A stretch of 64,000 nucleotides of DNA from Ophelia neglecta. Lineage: Eukaryota. The stretch's first letter is position 1, and each line of letters opens with the position of its first letter. Of the stretch, positions 50,201 to 64,000 are shown one piece after another. The translations under genes were made by a program, and so were the position numbers. The stretch spans positions 54,746,001 through 54,810,000 of the forward strand of contig OZ260665.1 of the NCBI GenBank assembly GCA_965285935.1, in the 5' to 3' direction. The notes below the pieces were generated by a model. That model saw only the letters and a program-made list of their open reading frames with translations. It was not told the origin of the DNA and made no database searches.

Positions 50201-53200
50201 ATGTACACAAATATGTTTTTTTTTGCATAGATGCCGGCTATGCTCTAGATATAATATATTAGATATAATATATCATGGATTCTGTGAACAATATGATAAT
50301 TATTTAATGTGTTCTTTTGTAAATGTATGGTTATATGAAGAAAATCAGGATAATCAGAGTGCTGCTCCTACCTTAATAGCAATTAAAAATTACCAGAAAT
50401 ATTTTTATGAACAACTACATGTTAGTGATATTAGTATAAATGTTGTGTAACATTGATCTTCCCCATTGGATAATTATTATTGGCATATTTCTTTATTTTT
50501 AAAGAATTTCTTTTTGTCAGCAGGTCAAGGTGGTAAATGGGCGAGCACCCATGGTGCCTGTTTCTGTCCTGGTAAACAATGAGCCCCGTCCTCCCACCAG
50601 ACAGGAGCAGATTGAGATGGACAGACTTAGGTATGTATAAAACATCAACTGCTTGTCTTCTATGTACATAGTCTCCCAATCATTAATTCACAAAAGTAAT
50701 CAAAAAACCAAAAATTGAGTAATGACTGTAATAGAAAGGTAATTTATTTTGATAAAACTTTGTTGCCATAATGAAACCTGCAGCTTTGATGATGCTTTGA
50801 TGAATTTATACTCAGATTAAATTCTGAGCAGACTACTTAGTTATTCAATGTTTTCATGAGTATGGACTTTTGTCATTTTCTCATTGTGTGCATGCCTCCA
50901 GGAATGACCTGAGTCAGTCTTTTCATTCGAGGTATATTGAACAATTAATTTGCACAATATTTTTATCAATTGGTTATCCATCCTTTTATTTGGTTAACTG
51001 GTTTCTTTGCTATCACACTTTGCTTTTTCATGGTTAATTCAAGTATCATCTTAACTAGTTTTCTATAGAATATGTGATTAATAAGTACACATTATTAACA
51101 CAATATATATATATGTGACCTCATTGCTCCATTCATTGTCAATACATAGCTATTATAATGCCATCATTGTTGTGTGAGCTTATAATTTCCATTTTATTAT
51201 AGATATTGGTTTGTAAACAAGTTATTTAATTACTGAAAAATGTTTGAAAATAAGTCTCAATATTTCAGTAAAATACTTTTTATAGTGAGGCAAGATCTTT
51301 TGCCCTGCCCTTTTAAACCCAACAATTCATTTTCATTTTTTAATCCTATTTCTCTAAATCTCTTTTAATCAATAATAACATAATTGTTGAACCAAAACCT
51401 CAGTAACTATTCACTTTTCACAACCCTTTATTTTATCACAAAGTCACACACGAAAATATAACCCATGTTACTATGTTTTGGTACTAAATATATGAACAAG
51501 ATAGTTGAAAAATATGTTCTTTTTGAAAGGTACTGCAACACATAAATAAGAATATGGTATTAAATGTTTGATTCAAACAAAAGATTTTGTTGTAATATAT
51601 GATATGAATTTGTATATACATGCAATAGACATGCTGTACATTGTACTGGGGCGTTCTAAGAATTATAGCCATATGTTTCCACCAACATAGATAAAGGTTG
51701 CTGAGTATATGTCTGATAAATTGAATGCGGTAGCAGGTGCTTTCTAACCTTAACTATTACATGTTTCCTTGTCATATTGTTTCATCATTCTCATATTCTG
51801 TATAACTGACTATTGATTTGTCCTGTTCTCCGTGGACTACCAATTTAGCTGTGTTATACGCGTTCCTACTATAAGGCACTGTTAGTTATTGCTACAGAAA
51901 ATCAATATTGATGAGTAATAATGGGATGGTTTTGTTTCTCTAAACAAAGTATAGAATTAATCATTAGGTTCTTCCTAATTTTATATTATTTTGATTACCG
52001 GTACAACATGATCATACACCTCTTTTTCCATGCAATGTAGGAAAGACAGGAAGCGATTTGTGAACTCAAAAAATCGGACAGATTTTGATACAATAGCCTT
52101 AGGTATAGGATTGTATGACAGTGATTCTGATCTGTCGGTGAATCAACGCCACCACTCGCGACCCGGCACACGCCGAAGTGCTTCTCTCAGGAGGTATACT
52201 ACTAACTGCTGTGTGTTTAGATATAGGCATCAGTGTAGAATGTTGTACTACATGTGTGTAGTCTCTCTGCTATGTGTGAGAACCCCCTCTGAGCAGAATG
52301 GCAATAGACTATACGGCTGTCTTACTTTGAAAGCTTGGTACATGGTTAACACATACACCAGCATTGCTCCATCTTACTGCATACAAAAATAATCCATATC
52401 ACTTGAAGTTTTAAAAATGTCAGAAATTGTTTTTTCCGCTAACCTGTGTTTTAGATAAATATACGGTCTACACCATTAATATATATACATGTATTTAATG
52501 TGTAAGATAGCTATCTAATAGTCCAGAAAGCAGTTCATATTTTTAATATGTGATTCTATTTTCCTTCTTTAATAATGGCACTGTTTGAACTATGTATGGT
52601 GTTCTGAAAAGAATACTTTTATTTTAACATTTATGACAGTATATAAGCCACACTTGTATTAAGTTGATATATCTTTATATTCCTCAATGTTTCTCCATTT
52701 TCTCTGGGTAGATTTGTGTTTAATTGTGTTTGTAGTATTCTATTTAGCTGATTTTTATCTTCACCTTTCGTAAAGCTTTTTACCACCTCTGTCTACTTTG
52801 AGTTATATCACTGAATACTTTTTCAGATAAGACTTCAATCGTCATAAATGTCTGTTGGCATCCCAGCTGATTTTAAGACATGGGTTTACAAGCTAAATTT
52901 GGCAATTTTGCTAGAACATATTAATTACATGTCCGAAATGCAAACATATATTGATATTCCATTAAACAAATTCTTCAATAACAGTCTCTTTAAATTTATT
53001 TTTTTTACCATATATTTTCAATCCTTTAAGAGGTTGAAGACCAAAATATAATCAGTTATGACACTTTGACCCTACTGTTGCTGATGATGTGGGGCTGCTT
53101 GTTTTGCTGTAGGTCTGTCAGCATTTTTGATTGTCGCCCATTGTCTGCCTTTAACTTTTGCTTAGACTTTTGCATAATTCTTTCAATGTCAAAGGCTACC

Positions 53201-56200
53201 CAACTAGATGCCTAATTGTATCTCAATTAACTTCCATATAGATGTATTCGGCTGAGTAATAATTTACTTATGGGATTTAAATATGAACATTCTATAGGTA
53301 ATGTGTTAAGTTTGAATTTGAATATTCTGGTAAAAAATATAAGCATGAATTATAATTATAATATTATAATTCTTATCAATTTGCACATAATTGCCCAGAC
53401 CAAGCTTGATATACCCGCCAGCCACCCAGCCTGACTCCCTGCTTTGCTTTACAGACAACACTCTGCCTATACCACTGACGAGGTAGACACTCGACGTGCC
53501 CGCAGTGTACAGGGTCACAGAGATCAACGTTATACTGCCAGCGATGGAGATGGAAGTAAAGCCATTCAGAGAAGGTTGGCTTTTGTCTTATAGTTGTGCC
53601 TAGACAATTTTTATAATCTGCTGCTCCTGGACTGACAATATTACTTTTATTGTATTCAACAATTGACCAAAAGTTATGTATAATATCATATAAAATAATA
53701 TACTCTCTTATATTCAGAGATCAGGTTGGCTATGAGCTTCAGTGGGCTAAAAAGCCCATTACCAGCAAAATGTATGGGCTTTTCCTAGATTTTCTGGGCT
53801 GCTTCTGCAATATTGTATGCTATTTTTGTCTGACTGGGAGGCAAATACCATGGGCTATTGTAGCCCATATGTTGAAAAACAGTTGGCTTTTTTCAGAAAA
53901 TATGGGCAAAAAGTCCAAAAACTCGCCCAAACCTAATCCCTGATATTTACTAGTTTTTTTGACCATATAGTCGGGCAAATACTTAACGCGTGCAGTGTGA
54001 TTCACTCTACTTTCATTATGATTTTCATGGCCCCTTATTTAGGAATTATGTCTGGATTATATTCGAAAGCAGATAAATAATGCACTAACACATGTATATA
54101 TATTTCCTCCTTAAATACCAAAAGTTTTAAGGAAGCTAGTATTATATCCTCTTTTTATCAATTGTTAAATGCCATTAACAGCAGATCTGTGCCTCCAAGA
54201 CAGTAAGTTGTCATAAAATTTTAAGCACGTTGAAATCCCGAAATTTGCAATGTAGTATTACCTGTACTTGCTTATTGCTTCAAAGGCTAGATTTGTCACT
54301 GTATAACTGAAAAAATTTGAATAGAGTTAATAATGTTGTTGCTTGTAGGGTCAACATGTGGTTGAGTTAATATTTTTATCATATTCATAATATTTTTTAT
54401 GTATCTCCATTTCTCTAAGAGCCTCTAGATGCGTGTGCTTACAGTCTGCATCAAATAAATGAAGTTCATTGCACAGACTTTGTAGCATAATGTTTACTGG
54501 GTAGTCTATTTATTTTACTCACTTTTAGTAACAATCAACTTTTTATAAACTCTTTATTGTGCATTTCCAAAATATAATCTGACTGAAGCTTACATGTACT
54601 TTTTGAATTTCTGAAGGAAAGAGATGAAGTTTGTTTAAAACTGTATTAATTAAACCATATGGGCCTCATATGACAGACAGTCTACTTAAGGTGGTGTGGG
54701 ACCTCTACAATAGCTATTAGACATAAAGTGGTCTCATTGGAATCCTAAAGTAGCAAATAAGTAATTTGTGCCATCATACATTGCGTTCATGCATTTAGTT
54801 TACATACAGCGGTCTTTTTCCCCCAAAAAATCCCAAAATGTTGACTTTATTCAACTTTTTGTGTAAAAAAAATGCAACTTTTTTCAATCGCTCTCAGAAA
54901 AAAATGGAACATGTTATGACAATGACAGTTGGCTAAATATGTTCATAACAGCCTATTCTAGAAGACGGTCATACAGTTTTTCTTAAATCCTATCCTAAGT
55001 TGTGTTTTTGGGGCCATGATGACCCTAGTCATCAAAAAAAGTACTCATTAGTGCGTATAAATCTTTACATGCCATTTAAAAACGAATGAAAAGGTGTATC
55101 AAAATTCTTGGACGCCGTCACCTAGAACTAACTGCTGCAAACAGTTTCCACTTTACAGAATTCAATTATCTCAATATTTGACTGCAGTAGCTCGAATGAA
55201 AAATTGTGTATCTGTTGTCATTAATTAAAATCGGCTTGGTTAGAAATCAACAAACAAGGCTCCAGAAGGTAGTTTTTCGCACCTGAACTAGACGTAGCGG
55301 CGATAAGCTTTCACGCATTTTTGGGAGCCTCGAGCCAGATTATGTGACCACCAATTAGACTAATTGTCATTAAAATCGCACCAATGAAAAAGTGACTTTT
55401 TGACTGATTTATCGGTGAGCACCAATCATATTATACTGTCAATCGCCCAGAAGCACGTGGTCGAGCCACGCTGATCCGAGACTTGGCTATGACGTCAGGT
55501 CTAACCTAGGCTGGATGGGCGGAGCAGAGATCACCCGCCAGGCGTATGACCACAAAAGGGGCAAACCCCATTATTTACGGATTAAGCCACACACTCTTGA
55601 TAGCTCTAGACATACACGGATCTTTTACACTTTCACACTTTTATACTTGTTTACAGACAAATATTACTGGATAAAATGGGAAAAACGAAGCGAGATCGCC
55701 GCACATGTATTTTATTGCGAAGCCTAGTACCATGCCCGGAGACGTCGCCTTAAATAGTTATTCAAATACTAAAGACTTTCCCGATTGATCCCTAAATCAA
55801 GGCCAATCCCTTATCCCTGCTTTTCTCCAGTTCGTAGCGCCCTGACCTGTTGAATTTTAATGAGTATAACTCACCTTCCAAGCATATGCCAAACATACTG
55901 TCTGCTGCGCGGGAAGCAGATGCGCTGGCAAATACCAAGGACGCATATGCGGTGGTAGGCAATCATGGAAATTACCAGTTCGTGTTGTTTAGAACTTGGA
56001 CAGCTGGTAGTAAACGAGTATTTACAACTTTCTGTGATTACTTTCGACCCCGCATATTATTTGTGATTTCACAAACACTATAGTATATGTAGGTATCTCA
56101 CCTGTCATATATACAGCTTATCACAATTATCAGTGGACAGGTGAGAACAGGGAGGAGCCTAATTGCCATTGCTTAATGGATGTTCATGCATGGCTGAACA

Positions 56201-59200
56201 CACTAGTCATGTGACTAACAAGACCATAACATCTCTTGTTTGTAAACAAACATTTAGCTGTTAGGCATGAATAAAAACCCTTTATTTGAGTAAATAGAAA
56301 TAACTAAAAATGAAAATAAACACACCATTGGATAGAGTAGATAGAGTAAGCTCTATCTAAAACAGTACATTTTCAAAAATCACCCCATATGACATTTAAT
56401 CATGAATTAGGGGTCCCACACCACCTTAATATGTCTTCATTTGTCTGGCCTTATGCTCTTATTAACTAGTCTCAATTTCTAGGCTACATCTGACCCACTG
56501 ATTGACTAATTTTGCCCTTTCAGTATTAGATTTATCTGCTGTGGTGATGAGCATTGTTGTTTATTGATATTTATCTGCTTATTATCTTGGCATATGTATT
56601 TGGATTTTAATACATTATAAATGCTGTACAATAATTATTCATTAACAATTACACAATGAACTGTGTTGCTTAGGTAATAGGGTAACTTTTCACAACTTGA
56701 TGTGAACACTTAATTATTATTTAACCCATCTACTAGGTGGTAGTAACAGTAACAATATAGATTTGGCCTAGACATATGTTTTAGAAGAAAAACATTACGA
56801 TTCAGTTGTCCGCTTTATTTGAGGAACATAAACCAAGAAAGGAGTCTAGCTAGGCCTCATATGACAACGCATCAACCATACACATTGTCATAAGATAATA
56901 TCATGACGGACAGAAGTTATCAAATTTTGGAATTTCATAATAGATAATATCTTTAATCATTCATAAAAACTATTTTTTGAAATATATTTATTATTCTTTG
57001 CAGCATAAAAGTTTGATTTGCCAAGGTGTGAAAGGGTAAAAGTGTAATATTTTTAATCAGATGGGTTTGAAAAAGCCTGTTTATTTTAAAATTTATTTCT
57101 GTACTTTCATTGTAGATTAAGTACTATAAGAAGAAATGCACCTATGCCTAGTGAATACAGTGGTTATGACGGTGGCCGACGTCATGGAATGCGTCCCCTG
57201 TTAAGAGAAGATGGACACGATTCAGAAAATGAATGGCGTGATATCATGAAAGAAAAGCGAGGGCATCACCAGTCATCCTCAGGTTAGAGAAAACTTAATT
57301 GTATTGTATTATTTGTTTCAACAAAATAATGGACTAAGCAGGTGAAAATAAACTGGAACAATGTCAGCATTGAGATTCAAATTTAAGGCACTAATACTTC
57401 TGTCAGCAAGAAAAATCCTGAAGAGAAATGTGTGATTGTTGCATCCTTTTTATATCATATTCCATATATATTTGGCTTACACATGCAAGCAGAGGAACTT
57501 TCTTTAACAGTGTTGTGCAGCGGTCAGTGAAGCAAAAGGCATTATTGTGTGTTGAGGTCACTGCACAGTGATGCCGTTTCCTGCATTGACATTGCTCTGG
57601 GTGCACAATATTGTCGATTGCTGCAGTGTCCGCTGCACAATAGTGTTTAACATTGCTAAAATGGACTAAAATGTACATGCACATGAATTTGATGGATGAA
57701 ATTATTGTGTAAGTGGTCATTTCCAAATCCACTGCAAAATAATTCCAGCCTTTTTTTGCGCATTTGGCCCCTGCGTGTTCATTAATTCTGCTATGGCAAA
57801 ACTGCACAGTTTACCTGTTCTTTTAAAAACATCCCTTTTTTGAATTGACTAAAATTACTTAATTTGTAAAAAGAATATAGGAAGCATGTACTTATTCCTG
57901 GTGTATATAGTAATTATTTTGTTGTGCATTATGTGTCATGTATTTTGATACATTTTAAAACTTTCCTAATTATACCACTAATATATGTCAGAATGTTAAA
58001 CTAACACGAGTCTCCATAACTATAATCATGGAAAAATATAAAAGATGGAAAGATTTACTCATAGAATCATCCAACAGCACATTCAATGTTTAGCTGAAAT
58101 GCTGGTATCCTTGCCCTGAATCAAACTGCATCTTACCTGCAGTTTGATGTATCCATGTAGATTTTTCATATTTAATATCTTCATACATATACAAAGCCAT
58201 GTTAATGTTAGTATAGCCTTTGTGACAGTGCTCACATCGAAGTTTTTTCTTGCTGAATCTTGCTGGATTATTTGTGTAATCTTTTGATGATTCATGATGC
58301 ATCTGCTATTTTGGATTTAAACCGACAATGTTTTGCGTCCACATATTTTTTGTGTTTGCTGATATTCAACCAGTAACAGATTTTTGTTAACTTTAATATG
58401 GATATATAAAGCATTATATGCAAGAAACAAAGTATAAATGTAACTACGTATTCTAATGTTTAACTGTAATTCTAAGGGCATCTAAACAGAATTATCCACT
58501 AATATGTTTCTTTCTGTGAACTTGGTTATTTGTATGTGTATAGCTCCAAACAAAAAAGGAAGTGTGTGGAAATTGGTTTCAAAAGGGAAAAAAAAGGTTA
58601 AACACATGTTCGCAGGTAAAAACAAAATGAGTGAAATAATTAATTTAATGTTTGCCTTAGCCTCTAGTTACCAGTTCAGGGAATGCACTAGTTTCTTCTA
58701 ACTTGAGCACAGCTCTAACTTAAGCTTTCTGTGTTTACGGCCAATTAAAAAAGGGGTTGAATACAGGTGCGTCAATACATGTGTACATACAACTGCACAC
58801 ATGTTTGCACACAAACCTACACATATGTTAATGCAATTATTACAAGTGTATCAGCAGATTGGCAGAAAAAGAGAAAAAGTCATTGCACATTTAATGGAAA
58901 TTATTAATAAGCTTGTATGCATTTATTTTCCTATTACAATCATGATAATCTAATGTTGTTTGGCAGGAAAGAAGGTAACCTATTTACAAGGTAAACCATT
59001 AGTTGGTCTTTTGACCATACAATACCACACATAGCTATTTCTTTATCTGCAGTGCAGGGAAGTGCAGTGTGTCATGCAAAGGAATTTATACCTGTACTGT
59101 AGTCCACTGCTTTTTATCAGTATTGATTCCATTTAGCATATATAGGTGATACATGCATTGCATGGGGATTGTTTATTCCGTATTTTAGTGTCTGAATTAA

Positions 59201-62200
59201 AGCTAGAGAAATGGTAATTGCATGGAAGGTTGGTGATTGTGAGCATACTATCTATTGCTTGCTCTGTACATAATCTTTTTCATTTTTTTCATTGCATTGC
59301 AATATCTAAAACAAATGCAATTGCTGTAATAGAGGCAGATTTTGTTGGATTGTGGAAGCTCATAAAACTATCAGGCCATAATTTAGGTGTATAGAGGCAT
59401 GCTATAAATATCATCTTTATCAAGCCTACTAATTCTTCAATGGCATGTTAGAAATGGTTTATCTATCCAGTTATGGCACAATAGAGATTTGTAGACTAAC
59501 AAGACTAACTTATGATATCTAGAGATACTGGATATTGTACTGTTTGCTGTACATGTATTAAATCCTTGGATGTTGCCATTGAAATGCGAGTCTCAGATGG
59601 GGAGATGACAATTAACCTTATGCATGCACCCTATACTACTAACTATAGGTAGCTTTGCTATTTGAACAACTAACACTTCCATTTCAGACTATAGACTGAT
59701 GAGAAAGCAGTATGACAAAAGTAGTGTAATGATCAACTACCAAGAACCCTCAAAACATTACATACCCTACACACCAGGTGCTGGCCAGGGGGCATTTATT
59801 GCACTACTTACACCAACCTCACTCGGCACAAATATTATTACTTCTCATTGAGGAGTTGTCATAGACACAATCTATACACTTATCACTGCACAGGCCTCAG
59901 ACATCATTGGCAATAAGCAGTTGGTCGAGATAGTCTGCAGTAGTAGGGTGCAGCACCAAGACCTGTGTGTCTACTGTCACTCCACTCGATTACACCAGAC
60001 TACTAGAAACTACTGCTTATCACTGTTGTTGTTGGATGCATGTGGTCCTACATGTAAGAGTATGTTTAATGATTGATTCATTGATGTCATTGCAAGAGTA
60101 GTTTTTTTTACCAAGTACTAGCAGTATATGTTTATGTTAAATAATTTATTCCACTAAGATTGTAATTAAACCATGTGTGTCATATTACCATGAGATTAAA
60201 GTTGAGGATTGGAGCAATGGTAAATAGGCCTATAACTAAATTATATATAATTTTTAAATTAATTCAGTACTCAAATATGACTGCTTGTGTTTTGGCAATT
60301 TGTTTAAATAGCTTGTACATATTCATAAGGGACAGTGACTACATAGACCATAGACCGGCCACTAGGGTGTTTGGGTCAAAGGTTAAAACCAAAGTCAAGT
60401 TACTCAAAATACCAAAAATCCCATAGTCTATCTTTTGGCTTGATGCATAATTTGGTGTTCATACTGGATTTAGTCGGTGGAGAGATTTTTTGCCTGCCAT
60501 CCACCTGTTGCATGGGTAATTCCTTACAAAAATGCATCTGTGATATTAAAAGCTGCAATTCTGAACTAATGTTTTTCCACTGGGCTCAATCATTCATTGC
60601 ACTTTGTTACCTGGAACAATATCTGCATTATTTACATAACTCAACCCAAGATCAGTTAAAACAAATCTCTGTCGCACTGCTCCTTCCTGCCCCATCATTG
60701 CTCCAGTTCTTAACAATAACATGGTCTACGATACACACAGGGATGAACCACAAACATCCCATTCAATTTTAGTAGTAATTTTCAACTTTTATTTGTTTGA
60801 AAAAGAAGCTAAGTAAGCATCACCTATCATTATTACCTTCTTGATTCCACCTTATTTTTTCTCACTGTTTAAGTGCACCATATGAAATGTACACCAATGA
60901 TATGTGAGAGTGCATGCTTTGTTATCAAAAATATTATCTAATATACCTTCTGTTTGAATGATTTTGCAAAAATTTGTACTTGAATTATAATAGGTGTTTA
61001 CTTTTATGGTACATAGTATGTTTAGTAATTTTTAATATATGGTCATATATGATGGAAAGTGCTATAATGAGATGCATTATTTACTCTCTTTGAGTATGCA
61101 GTATATCATAATGTAGGTGGGGAGCTGAAGTGTGGTTCTTAGTTTTAAAAATAACATTCTAAGTTGTAAATCAGGGTTTAATTATGATTCTATCAGAATG
61201 ATTCTATAAAGCTTATAATTGTTTTTGCATTGCCTATTTACAGACGAGGTATTAAGTTATCGAGAACGACTTAATCCTCCAAGTACGCCTGATTTTGATG
61301 AGGTTGAGGATGAGAGACAACCCATTGTCAGAAAGTCCAGAAAGACCAGTGAAAAGCTCAGTCAAATCCCAATCAGCCCCAGGGTAAGTATCTCTGTAAA
61401 AAGGCAAATTTAACAAAAATGTTTAAAAAAAAATATGTTGTGAATTTGTTTTCTCTCCACTTGGGAAATCAGTCTCCAAGCAGATGGGATGCTTTGTTTT
61501 TATGGTAAGACTGAATTTGTCTTAGACATGAACTCAGCCATTTTTTTTCTAGTGTTGGGTTGAGATAATTTAACTGGTGGCCACCTTTTTTGTGCTCTTT
61601 TGATGCCTGCTGAATTCTGGAAAGCTTCACTTTTGTTTCTTAATTGGAATTGGTTTTATCTGATATAAATCTAGTGAACTATAGATAAATGTGAAATGAT
61701 ACAGTCTTCTCTAGTATATAAGGGTATTCATTCCTCAGCCACATTTTTCTTGCCATTTAATTCCAGCAAGGCCAGAGTTCTGACTCAGAGAGTGACCCTG
61801 CTCAGGAAGCAATAATTACACACGCTCAGATAGAGTACCAACGGCGCCAACCGCCAAGAAATCGGCCAATGACTGCAAAGCGACGACCTCAAAGTGACCT
61901 GAATGACACTGGCAAGATCATAGAGTACGAGAACCATCTAAGAAGGCGGGAGGCTGAGAATGAGTCTGGAGAGAGTGACACAGACCCGGGGTCACGAGGG
62001 GGGAGCCGGGCCTCAGGCAGGGAGTCTGCCATGGCCGGCCAGGGATCTGGCAGGGCTTCCCAGGCAGGTGGGCTGGACGAGCAAGAACAAGAGAGGCACG
62101 AGGAAGCCATGTTAGTATTAACCAATACAAAATTACAAACTATTCTGCTGTTCTTTATATCTAACTTCACTACTGATTACTTTGTAGTGGAGGTTTTAGC

Positions 62201-64000
62201 CTTTATATTTTGAGCATCTCATCAAACCTACATACATGTATATTGCTAATTGCCACCAACCTGCAAGTTTGGAGTAATTTATGTATAAATATGTAAGACT
62301 GTAGTTCCTTCATTATTTGTCCTCTTTCATTGACATCATGGTGACCATATGTTATTTTGTGATACTTTCATGCAAAGGATGATTTTGTTATTCTTATTGT
62401 TTGAAACAAAATGCCAGAACTAATCCATGATCAAAGTTATACTTTTTGTCAGTATTGAAGGATGGCCGTCAACAGAGTAACATAGTGTGGCAATTTTCCA
62501 AACTTCCAGGTATCGCCCAATTGGCAATACATATTTATTACCCATTTAATTGAATTGTTCCTGTTTACCTGCTGCCAGAGCCTTATACAGAAATGAAATG
62601 CTCAGGAAGAAATACAAAAATATGTTGAGACACAAAAATCGCCATAAGTAAGTTATATAAATGTGCATGTCTCACAATGAAAACACATGGATGTTATGTA
62701 CTTTATAACTCTATACTGACTGATTACTGAGGGGTTATTATTTAATTGCTCATAAGCAGATAAATATTATATTGCTTACTTTTGACACTTGTCTGATAAT
62801 CATCCCCCAACCAAGTCAAGTATCAATCTTATACAAATAAGATTTGTTCACCTGCATGAATGCCTTATGTGTTGGGCTATAGAAAATACACCTGTCACAA
62901 GCATGACCCAATAAAGTCTCTGGCTAAGATGTATAAATCAGAAAAGTCAAACTTGACAAAGTATATTTTAATTGTATGTACCTAAGTTTTAGTTAAGAAT
63001 CTGATGGGATTATATAAAGAGTCGTCAAAAAAAATAGTCGTCAAATGTTGTCAAAAGTTTGCCTCATCATTTACACATTGCCTTGTTTACTGTACACTTT
63101 ATAGTAGCTCCACCTTCACAGAGATAATGCCATAATGTACCTGTATTAGCCGTATTATAAGTTGGTCTTTAATAGATACACCATTCCAACCTTAGTTTAT
63201 ACCTAATCAATAATACTTCAAGATAACATAGTTGTTTCTGGTGTTACAACTTCCACACTGTTCAGAATGGGAGAATCCAAGATAATGTTATTATACATGT
63301 ACATGTATAAAAAAATTCTTTGCAGATATTTTTTCACAAGGTTATCAGATCTATTTGATTATGATTGTATCTGCTATATAGTATACACATGTATTTGCCA
63401 AGGGTTTTCATATAGTTTATCACTGAATATCCAAGATTGCTCCTAGCAAGTTTAAACTTTTAAGGAAATGCAATGATTTAGTATGATTGGTTTGCTTGAT
63501 GACAATCGTAAAATGACCTATGTGCGACGATTTACTTTTACTACAAGTATCTATTAACAGTCTTAACATGCTTCACTGTAATCTCCGCTCTGAAGGTGAA
63601 CTAAAAGGGCATCTCCCCTCTAAAATATCAGTGCTTTGGGGTAAAAGCTTATTTATTTCATTGAATTAAGATTAATCTACAGGATAATGTTCTATGGATG
63701 GTCATTTTGCTGGCAGTATCATAAGTTAGTTTTTGGTTGTTTAATTAAGTGTTGACCTTCACCTTGTTGCAGGGGGAGCACATTGCCCCAGCACTCCCCT
63801 CCATCCCCACCAGATACACCCCCCTCACAGCCCCTAGTTAACACCTATGAGATCCCCCAGCCCGATGCCCCAGAGGCAAGGTCCAAAGCTGGGTTGGAAA
63901 GAACCGAATCTACCATATCTTATAAGCCAGGCAAAAATTATTTCAGGATGGACAGCAAACAACAACTGGTTTTGGTTCCTGAAGGAAATACCCTTGAACC
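46624..64000 (+). CDS. TTC24: TTC24-like tetratricopeptide-repeat protein, 3'-incomplete. Exons: 46624-47254, 47821-48036, 49184-49312, 49839-50059, 50521-50630, 52041-52193, 53455-53574, 57116-57282, (58967-58990), (59688-59777), 61244-61383, 61767-62110, 62579-62647, 63773->64000
   Basis: GT-AG boundaries chain with consistent phases into one open frame. The TPR motifs [35 protein letters not shown] and QWQAAEGLG match what I recall of TTC24 (SQLGDH...YLHALQAARD...QWQACEGLG). Exons after 50.6 kb are low-complexity and less certain; bracketed exons are optional symmetric phase-1 cassettes. Confidence 0.8.
47821..48036 (+). CDS. TTC24: TTC24-like coding exon 2
   Basis: ACAG|GT...CATG|GTAAGT; encodes [10 protein letters not shown]...[17 protein letters not shown]. 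Confidence 0.88.
49184..49312 (+). CDS. TTC24: TTC24-like coding exon 3
   Basis: TTGCAG|CT...ACCA|GTAAGT, phase 1-1. Confidence 0.85.
49279..49624 (+). repeat. 43-bp tandem repeat (about 8 copies) made of the exon-3 end plus its 5' splice site
   Basis: TATCTACATGCCCTTCTGGCAGCTAAAGACACCA|GTAAGTAGC units at 49279, 49322, 49365, 49408, 49451, 49494, 49543 and 49586. Confidence 0.95.
49839..50059 (+). CDS. TTC24: TTC24-like coding exon 4
   Basis: TTTTCAG|AT...AAG|GTCAGT; encodes [13 protein letters not shown]...AIRYFKQAL. Confidence 0.85.
54690..56425. mobile_element. Non-autonomous Kolobok-like DNA transposon (1736 bp) in a TTC24 intron
   Basis: TTAA|GGTGGTGTGGGACCTCTA ... TAGGGGTCCCACACCACC|TTAA: 17/18 TIR match and TTAA TSD. 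The 5'-GG terminus fits Kolobok rather than piggyBac (CCY). No transposase ORF. Confidence 0.8.

Noticed and set aside
53715-53942. hAT-like MITE (CAGAGATCAGGTT...AACCTAATCCCTG)
   Set aside because: The TIRs are imperfect and I find no convincing TSD; not supportable without a repeat library.

Overview
AT-rich, intron-containing animal genomic DNA. It is probably a marine invertebrate (lophotrochozoan-like), inferred from the SINE type and protein style; the species cannot be fixed from sequence alone. The core (12.4-42.9 kb) is a head-to-tail minus-strand cluster of four two-exon genes, called G1-G4 here. Each has a TATA box, a short signal-peptide exon ending in a phase-1 intron, and one giant exon encoding a low-complexity protein with a single non-canonical ChtBD2/CBM14-like Cys module. 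The low-complexity bodies differ: (PTPM)47 in G1, Gly/Asn/Met/Tyr repeats in G2, Pro/Thr/Trp in G3 and Asp/Glu plus Met in G4. Three of the four share a basic plus beta-strand C-terminal motif. All four putative 3' UTRs carry UCCGUCC 20-43 nt upstream of an AAUAAA, a perfect match to the miR-184 seed (nt 2-8), suggesting a miRNA-coordinated chitin-matrix or biomineral gene battery. G1 is interrupted by one in-frame TAG just before its conserved C-terminal 179 codons (nonsense allele, error, readthrough or editing). To the right, transcribed divergently, is a multi-exon TTC24-like TPR gene that runs off the window. It contains a tandem array of duplicated splice donors and a Kolobok-like TTAA element. 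Also present are a decayed LINE, a tRNA-derived SINE inserted in a minisatellite, MITEs, several minisatellites and perfect palindromes.
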